Source: an uncultured Acidobacteriota bacterium
GTDB taxonomy: Bacteria; Acidobacteriota; Terriglobia; Acidiferrales; UBA7541
Assembly (NCBI GenBank): GCA_963824405.1
Contig: CAWGPK010000007.1
Location: forward strand, 92,176-156,175
Direction: 5' to 3'
DNA: 64,000 bases
A program made the translations under genes and the position numbers. The notes beneath the pieces were generated by a model, which saw only the letters and a program-made list of their open reading frames with translations, was not told the DNA's origin and did not search any database. Shown one piece after another: positions 57,515-64,000 of this stretch (position 1 is its first letter; each line of letters begins with the position of its first letter).

Positions 57515-58759
57515 GTGAAGTACTCCATAAACGTATTAGCCCGCGGCCTGGCGGCGGCTCTTTTGGCTACGAGTCTGGCGGTTTGCGCCGGAGCGCAGCA
57601 GGGGAGTTGGGACGAGCTGAACGCGCGCGTTGATGGGTTTTACCACCAGGGCAAATTTACAGAAGCGGTTTCGGCGGCTCGGGAACTGCTGCGTTTCGCC
57701 GAAGCGAATTACGGCGCGACCACTCCGAACGTGGCGGCGTGCCTGAACAAGCTGGCCGTCCTCTATGAGGAACAGGGAGATTACGCCGAGGCTGCGCCGC
57801 TGTTTCAGCGGGCGCTGGAGATTCGCGAAACTTCCGACAAGGACAACCCGGAGGTCGCCACCAGCCTGAATAATCTCGGCGCACTCTATGCGGACCAGGG
57901 CCAGTACGAGCAGGCCGAGCCGCTCTATCAGCGGGCGCTGGCGATTCGCGAAAAATCGCTTGGCCGCGACAATCCCGATCTGGCCACCAGCCTCAACAAT
58001 CTGGCGGTGCTCTACGACCTGGAAGGACGCGAAGTGGAAGCCCTGCCGCTCTATGAGCGCGCTCTGGCCATCCGCGAGCGCGTGTCCGCCCCCGACGATC
58101 CCGACGTGGCCAAGAGCTTGCAGGACCTGGCGGGAGACTATCGCGAGCAGCAGCGTTACGAGGAGGCTGAGCCGCTGTATCGCCGGGTGCTGGCGATCAT
58201 CGACGAAAAATCCCCGGAGGAAAAAGGCGGCGACGACCAGGACGATCTCGCGGCCACGCTCGACGACCTCGGGACGGTGTACATGGGAGAAGGGAAGTAC
58301 GCGGAGGCGGAGCCCATCTATAAGCGAGCCGAGGCGCTGGCCAAACAGAATTTCTCCAGGGATCCGCTGGCAGCCACGATCTACGCCGATTCCGCGCGCC
58401 TGGACGAGGCCGAGGGCCATTACGATAAGGCCGAGCCGCTCGATCTGCTGGCGCTCGATATCCTGGAACAGAACTATGGAGAGAATGGCGCGGAACTGGC
58501 GCCGGTGCTGGGCGGCTTGAGCGAGCTTCTCTATTTGCAGGGGCGCTATGCGGAAGCGGCCACGGCTTTGCAGCGCGATTTGCAGATTCAGGAAAAAGTG
58601 CTGGGCGTGAACGATCCTGCGATCGCGTCGATGCTGGACGACTTCTCCGCGCTGCTGCTGAAGACCAACCATACCGCGGAGGCGGCTCAAGCCGAGGAGC
58701 GCGCCAAGGCGATTCGCGCCAAGGCGGTATCGGCGCAGGGCAGCGATCCCGCGAACTGA
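57515..58759 (+). CDS. Secreted TPR-repeat protein (TPR_10/12-like)
   Basis: Signal peptide, then repeated units of the form A.SLNNLA.LY..QG.Y..AEPLY.RALAIRE. Confidence 0.85.
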   Translation: MKYSINVLARGLAAALLATSLAVCAGAQQGSWDELNARVDGFYHQGKFTEAVSAARELLRFAEANYGATTPNVAACLNKLAVLYEEQGDYAEAAPLFQRALEIRETSDKDNPEVATSLNNLGALYADQGQYEQAEPLYQRALAIREKSLGRDNPDLATSLNNLAVLYDLEGREVEALPLYERALAIRERVSAPDDPDVAKSLQDLAGDYREQQRYEEAEPLYRRVLAIIDEKSPEEKGGDDQDDLAATLDDLGTVYMGEGKYAEAEPIYKRAEALAKQNFSRDPLAATIYADSARLDEAEGHYDKAEPLDLLALDILEQNYGENGAELAPVLGGLSELLYLQGRYAEAATALQRDLQIQEKVLGVNDPAIASMLDDFSALLLKTNHTAEAAQAEERAKAIRAKAVSAQGSDPAN

Positions 58760-58947
58760 GGTAACTACCCTCGATCCAGCGCCAGCAAGATTCTCTCCAG
58801 GTGAAATAGAGCCCGCAGCCTGGAGTTATCTCTCTTTCGTTCGGTCTTGCCTCGTTTCGTTTTTGTGGCCATCGGGGAAGGCTCTGCTGGAGCGGGGCGC
58901 GGCGAATGACGGGTGGCGGGCGTCGCTGGCATTTTCCTGCTGCGAAT

Positions 58948-60438
58948 CTAGATCGAATGGGACGGAGTTAGCGCCGAGCCGTTCGCGCGGGGTCTTGTGT
59001 TTGTTGACGCCGGATTGCCCGGCGCCGGTTTTATGGTGAAGGTCACGCCTTGTTTGGCATTCTCATTAACGGTGCGATCGAAATCGATCATGCCGATATC
59101 CACCGAGTACTCCCCGCCGTCGCTCAGCACGTAATGCAGCTTGCCATCGGCGAGCCAGCAGTTGGTGACCGTGTAAACATCGCCCGTCTTGAGGTAAAGC
59201 AGTTCGGACGGGGCTGCGCTATCCGTGGCGTTGGACGCCGGCGAAGGCGGAGAACTTCGAGGATAGGCAGAGTTCGCGGTCGAATCGGCTGGCGTGGATG
59301 ATGACGAGGAGCCTGCCGGCGGAGCAGCATAAAACGGCAGCTCATTGTTGGCTTGGCCGTCGGGGGACTGATCGGGCTGGAGCTGATCGGGCGGAGGCTG
59401 ATCGTAAGGAGGCTCCGCGGACGGATCAGGGGGAGCGCTGTAATCGATGCTTGGGGAATCGTAGAAACCGTTCCAATCCCAAAACGGGTCGTACCCATAT
59501 CCATATCCATAAGCAGGCCATCCCCAGAGACCAAGGCCGAACTAAGGATCCCAACCGCCCCAACCCCAGCCGAATCCCCAACCGCCCCATCCCCACGGGC
59601 GGCCGAATCCAAGACCAAAGCCCAACCCGCCGAAGCCGAAATTGTTGAAGCCGAACCCGCCGTAGCCGCCGAAGCCGAAGCGGTTCCCGCCGAAATTGTT
59701 GAAGCCGAGGCCGCCGAAGCCGAAGCGATTGCCGTTGGGGCCGAAGTTGTTAAAGCCCGAGCGTCCCCCGTTAAGGCCGCCAAGGCCGAGTCGAGAAGTT
59801 CCGCCAGCGGCGCTTGCGAAGCCCGCCGAGCCTGGCCGGGAGGCGGCCAAGCCGGCAGATTCGGCGGAATTGCCGTTGCGCCCGGAGGCCACCGGCGAAT
59901 TGCCGAAGCCGCGAGCCGTTGAGGCCGCAGCATTGCCGCGCAGGCCGGCGCCAGAGCCGCCAAAGGAATGCCATTGGCCGTCAGCGTTCGCATACGGAGA
60001 GCCGGCGCGCGCGCCGGAAGCGTAAGCCCCCGACCTCGCGCTGCTGGCGGCGCTGCCGCGGCCAGCGGAGCCATACGAACGCGCACCGCGGTATGCGGAA
60101 CCACCGTAGGCAGAGCCTGATCTTCCCGGCGAACCGGCGTACGAACCGCCGCGCGAATAGGAACCGCCGCGCGAAGACGGGGCCGCGCCTCGATAGGCTC
60201 CGCCAAAACTGCCACCGCTTCGAAAGCCGCCTCCTCCGAAGCCGCTGCTGCCTCGAAACCCGCCTCCTGAAAAACCGCCGCCCCCGTGGAAGCCACCGCC
60301 CCCGCCACCACCGTGGAAGCCACCGCCGCCTCCGCCATGTCCACCTCCGCCGCGTTGAGCGAAAGCGGGGCCGGGCAAGCAGCAGACAGCAAAGGATAAA
60401 ACTACGTAGAAGACCGTTCGAAGTATGAGCTTGGCCAT
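58948..60438 (-). pseudogene. Gly/aromatic-rich secreted protein frame interrupted by one in-frame TAG (59542-59544)
   Basis: Track ORFs 59542..60438 and 58948..59130 are in the same frame. My hand translation of 59541 down to 58948 found no other stop. The composition continues across the stop (GWGGWDP*FGLGLWGWPAYGYGYGYDP...). Confidence 0.7.
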
Positions 60439-60633
60439 TTCAGGTCCCTCCGCGAAAGCGCTGAAGACCTGCGGACAGGATCAAGGGGACATTGCGCCTG
60501 TCTATATATAAGGATTACCGCCGAAGGGGGAAAGTTGCACCTGCTTTGCGCCCTGCCGCAAGTAATGTAACTTCCCACGGGCGCCCCCGGTCTTGGCAGT
60601 ATTCCGCTTCTACGATCTTCCGGGTACTGTGCC

Positions 60634-62739
60634 ATGCGGTTTCCTAACGACAGCGGAAGCATGGCGCGACTTCCATACCGGTGCGGGCGAGCAATGGCGT
60701 GGTTGGCGCTTACCATGGCCTTGCCGTTCGCCGCATCGCAAGGGCAGACGTTTCTGCCGGTTCCGCTGAACATTTCCAATACAGGACATGCGGTCGTGCC
60801 CTCGATAGCGGTGGGGCCGAGCGGGGAGATCGACGCGGCATGGCTCGACGCGGGAGCGATTTTGTTCCGGCGCTCGGTGAATGGCGGGCAGACGTTTTCG
60901 TCCACGATTACCGTGGCCACGACGAATCTTCCTTCTCAGGCTGCTCAGGCTTCTCAGGCCGCCCAGCCGCAAATCGCCGTCAATTCCGGCGGCGTTTACG
61001 TGGCCTGGGCCGGGGTAAACGCGGCGGCCGGCGGCGATATTTTCTTCAGCAGCGTTGCCAGCGGCGGGACGAATTGGCTTTCGCCGGTGAATGTGTCCAA
61101 CGGATCGGGGATGGCGGCGGGGAGCAGCGCGCCTGTGCCGCACATGACCGTCGATCCGAGTGGCGGCGTCGATATTGTGTGGGGGCAGAACGGCGCCTAT
61201 TTCGCGCGTTCGACGAACGGGACGAGTTTCTCCGGCGCCGTGCCGCTCACGACATTGGCGATGGCAAAGGTGAGTCCGCGAATGGCGATCGATTCGCAGG
61301 GGCACGTTCTCGTTGTGTGGGAAGACGCCGATCCGAACTATCCAACTTCGAATTGCCCGACGATATGGCTGGGGCGCTCCACCAACGCGGGCGCCAGTTT
61401 CCAGAACTATTCCGTTGCCGACACGCTCACGCTGAGCGGCGGCTCGATGGCCACCGGCTGCGCTTCGGACGCGCAGATTGCCGTCGGCGCAAACAATACG
61501 ATTTGGCTGCTATGGGCCAACGACGATCCGATTCAAGACCTGATCCTCACCTACGCCACCGATAGCGATCCCTTCACCCCACCCGGAAGCTCCAGTTCTT
61601 ATTTCATCGATCTCTCCGGCACATCGTCGAGCGCGCCCCAATTGGCGATTGACGCGAGCGGCGATATCGACGTGGTGTGGCTCGGAAATTACCAGCAAAA
61701 CGGCGGGCCCGAGGCCGTCTATTTCAGCCGTTCTACCGATCCGGAAGGTGCAGCGAGCTTTTGCGGGGGCAAGGACTCTTCGTGTAAAAGCCCGCCAATT
61801 CTCACCAGTCCTCCGGTCGCGGGACTACCCACGGGATTTCCGCAGATCGTGACGGAGTCAAGCGGGGCGATAGACGTCATCTGGCAGCAGGCCAGCGCGG
61901 CGAATCCCAACGGAGCTTACGACATTCTGCTGGCTCGCTCGACGGATGGAGCCACCTTCCAGAAATTCACGATGGATAGCGCACCCCCGGCCGCGGCCAA
62001 TACCGGGCAGGTCGCGGTGGATCCTAAGGGCAACGTGTATGTGGTGTGGTTGGGGAGTGCTGGCAGCGGGGGAGACGTTCTGATCAACGGCGATTCGCAG
62101 GGGATCACGACGCCTCCTCCGTTCAACCTGGCGCAGGTGAGCGCTACGGCGTCGCCGGCGTCTGCGACGATCAGTGTGGGCGGCGCGGCGAGTTTTGCGG
62201 TGTCGCTGCAATCGACGAACACGGTACCCGGTTCGGTGACGCTCGAGTGCGGCGGCGCGCCAGCGGGAGTGAGCTGCGCGTTCACGCCCGCGTCGGTCAG
62301 CTTGAGCGCGGATGGGAGTGGAGCGGCGACCCTGAACGTGAGCGTTTCGGTGATGCCGGCAGCGACGGCGGCGCTTCCGCGGCCGGGCGGACGCGTCGGC
62401 GTAGGTCCGCAAGGCATGGCCGAGGCGCGAGAAGCACGGATGTGGGCCGTTGGGTTCATGGTGTTCGTGATGCTGCTGATCGTTGCGAATTATGCCGCGC
62501 GTCACGAGGATTCGCGAATCGGGCGATATGCTCGCGGGCTGGCCTGGAGTTTGGTGCTGGCCGCAGCGGTTACGGCGATGGTCTCTTGCGGCGGATCGAC
62601 CAGCAGCAGCGGCGGCACCGGCGGTGGCGGAGGCGGAGGCGGAGGCGGCGGAAGCTCCGTGACGTTTCCTCTCGTCGTCCAGGGGCAAGCCAACTCCAGC
62701 TCGATGAATCTGCAAACGATTTCGATTACGGTGCCCTAG
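60634..62739 (+). CDS. Secreted BNR/Asp-box repeat (sialidase-fold-like) protein with an unusual hydrophobic C-terminal region
   Basis: Leader MAWLALTMALPFAASQG. Repeated S-x-(D/N)-x-G-x-(T/S)-F boxes (RRSVNGGQTF, ARSTNGTSF, GRSTNAGASF, ARSTDGATF). Confidence 0.7.
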   Translation: MRFPNDSGSMARLPYRCGRAMAWLALTMALPFAASQGQTFLPVPLNISNTGHAVVPSIAVGPSGEIDAAWLDAGAILFRRSVNGGQTFSSTITVATTNLPSQAAQASQAAQPQIAVNSGGVYVAWAGVNAAAGGDIFFSSVASGGTNWLSPVNVSNGSGMAAGSSAPVPHMTVDPSGGVDIVWGQNGAYFARSTNGTSFSGAVPLTTLAMAKVSPRMAIDSQGHVLVVWEDADPNYPTSNCPTIWLGRSTNAGASFQNYSVADTLTLSGGSMATGCASDAQIAVGANNTIWLLWANDDPIQDLILTYATDSDPFTPPGSSSSYFIDLSGTSSSAPQLAIDASGDIDVVWLGNYQQNGGPEAVYFSRSTDPEGAASFCGGKDSSCKSPPILTSPPVAGLPTGFPQIVTESSGAIDVIWQQASAANPNGAYDILLARSTDGATFQKFTMDSAPPAAANTGQVAVDPKGNVYVVWLGSAGSGGDVLINGDSQGITTPPPFNLAQVSATASPASATISVGGAASFAVSLQSTNTVPGSVTLECGGAPAGVSCAFTPASVSLSADGSGAATLNVSVSVMPAATAALPRPGGRVGVGPQGMAEAREARMWAVGFMVFVMLLIVANYAARHEDSRIGRYARGLAWSLVLAAAVTAMVSCGGSTSSSGGTGGGGGGGGGGGSSVTFPLVVQGQANSSSMNLQTISITVP

Positions 62740-62907
62740 CGCCGCGGCTCGGGACTCAGCCGCATGAGAGGCCGCGGCGGATACGGCATTCAGGGCACGC
62801 CATGTCACGGTTTCCACGTATTTCGCTTTCCGCCGGTTTGCGTGATTCTTCTCAGTGAATCCCAGCTCATTCGCTCAATCCAATCAACGGAACAGCACGC
62901 AGGCCAA

Positions 62908-64000
62908 ATGACGCGAACACCCTTGCGGTCGGCGGTGGTCTCGGAGTGGAAATTCGCATTGCGCCAAGGGCTTTTCCGGAGCGCGATCTTGCTGTGCGGC
63001 GCGATGGGTCTCCTCGACCTGCCGGCGCGCGCGCAAACCTTTACGCCACCGGCAAACATCGCCGGCGACACGACGGCGTTTTCCCCGGAAGTGGTCGTGG
63101 ACTCGACGGGCAATCTCGATATCGCCTACCTCGATATGGGCAGCGCTGTTTCCAGCAATAGCTTATGGTTTGTGCGCGGCACCATGAGCGCGGGCGTTTT
63201 CCATCCGCTGGCCCCGGCGGTACAAGCGGGCGTGACGGCAGGGAACTCCTTCCGCATGGCGCTGGAGTCGGATTGCACGATCGATTTGGCATTTGCGAAC
63301 GCGTTTGGCGTGGAGTCCAACGACATACTTTTCGCGCGATCGACCGATTGCGGGAAAACTTTTCAGACCACGAACGTTACCAATAACCCTGTGGGCTCCG
63401 AAGTGGGCAATCCGCAATTGGCGGTCCAGAACGGCGTGGCCGAAATCGTTTGGACCACCCAAACGCCGCTGAACCTCACCAGCACGATCTATCACGCGGA
63501 ACGGCAAGCGAGCGGGACCTTTACCGCGCCGGCGATTTTGGCATCCGGGAAATCGGGCGTCTCCGGCGTTACCGTTCTTGGCGTGCCCGGCACGAGCAAT
63601 GCGGCGCTGGGCTGGTGCGATATCGACAGCGGCAGCGTGTGGATCGTGAATCCGGTGGCCACTGGGCAGCAGCCCGTGAGTCTCGGCATGGGCCAATCGG
63701 CGCTATTCGCGGCCGATCCCGCGGGCAATATCTATGCGGTTTGGGACGACGCCAGCGATAGCTCGGTTTGGTTCAGCCGGTCGAGTGGACCGACCGGCGC
63801 GTTCTCGGCGGCGAAGCAAATTTTTCCACCGGCCAGCGGCGCGCAGACGACCGCGCCGCAAATGGCCATCGACAGCAAAGGCAATATCGATCTGCTGGTG
63901 TCGGTGGAACAGCGGACGGGATCGGCGGATCGCTCCACGGACACGTTTCAGTTCAGCCTGAGCCGCTCGAGCAACGGTGGGAATAGCTTCTCGACCCCCG
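62908..64000 (+). CDS. Secreted BNR/Asp-box repeat protein (paralog), 3' end beyond the window
   Basis: Not in the ORF track (no stop in window). I translated it by hand from ATG 62908 to 64000 with no stop. MTRTPLRSAVV...LLDLPARAQTFTPPANI...ARSTDCGKTF...SRSSNGGNSF. Confidence 0.7.
   Translation, partial: MTRTPLRSAVVSEWKFALRQGLFRSAILLCGAMGLLDLPARAQTFTPPANIAGDTTAFSPEVVVDSTGNLDIAYLDMGSAVSSNSLWFVRGTMSAGVFHPLAPAVQAGVTAGNSFRMALESDCTIDLAFANAFGVESNDILFARSTDCGKTFQTTNVTNNPVGSEVGNPQLAVQNGVAEIVWTTQTPLNLTSTIYHAERQASGTFTAPAILASGKSGVSGVTVLGVPGTSNAALGWCDIDSGSVWIVNPVATGQQPVSLGMGQSALFAADPAGNIYAVWDDASDSSVWFSRSSGPTGAFSAAKQIFPPASGAQTTAPQMAIDSKGNIDLLVSVEQRTGSADRSTDTFQFSLSRSSNGGNSFSTP

Noticed and set aside
59545-60360. 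Highly periodic GGN-rich DNA as a possible CRISPR or tandem-repeat array
   Set aside because: The periodicity is codon-level (Gly-rich coding sequence in one long frame). There are no repeat-spacer units of constant length.
1-64000. Canonical defence system, prophage, integron, toxin-antitoxin pair or biosynthetic gene cluster
   Set aside because: I found no integrase/recombinase catalytic domain, reverse transcriptase, nuclease-helicase pair, Cas gene, phage structural gene, or PKS/NRPS/RiPP maturase signature in any frame. The only mobile-element genes are the IS3 transposase ORFs.

Overview
This is 64 kb of GC-rich bacterial chromosome. The gene content looks Acidobacteriota-like: many Sec/Tat-exported hypotheticals, BNR/TPR/Gly-rich secreted proteins and ECF sigma modules. 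That taxonomic call is inference only. Almost every long GC-rich gene carries antisense shadow ORFs in the track, and I ignored these.

Core genes I recognise:
- ilvE
- two ABC-2 exporter pairs
- the glycine-cleavage operon gcvT-gcvH-gcvPA-gcvPB on the minus strand
- hutU plus a glutamate formimidoyltransferase
- a lone RND pump
- two ECF-type sigma modules
- a TRAP solute-binding protein
- SDRs
- an acyl-CoA-dehydrogenase-like operon
- a haem-binding/cytochrome P460 pair

I saw no rRNA, tRNA or CRISPR array, and no canonical defence or prophage genes.

Accessory or unusual patches:
- An IS3-family element (15730-16977) cleanly splits a DUF899 gene. Removing it with one copy of its 4-bp target duplication restores the CPSC motif.
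- The gcv operon is disrupted twice. An AT-richer opposite-strand DUF5063-like gene sits between gcvH and gcvPA. A palindromic insert flanked by a duplication of the gcvPB 5' end sits between gcvPA and gcvPB.
- A small DNA-binding-like protein is coupled to a stand-alone Clp D2-type AAA+ ATPase.
- A membrane DUF4118-ANTAR fusion is present.
- A three-gene operon encodes an ACAD-like protein, a leaderless PhnD-like protein and a TusA-like/diiron protein, behind an array of GAAGTTC repeats.
- An orphan strong intrinsic terminator follows a structured ~200-nt region, which is an sRNA candidate.
- A 497-codon Gly/aromatic-rich secreted protein frame is broken by a single in-frame TAG.
- Several helically phased short repeat arrays and a C10 tract occur in intergenic DNA.

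No single locus is proven to be a new system. The best candidates for follow-up are the ACAD/PhnD-like/diiron operon, the D2-only Clp pair, the sRNA candidate and the DUF4118-ANTAR protein.
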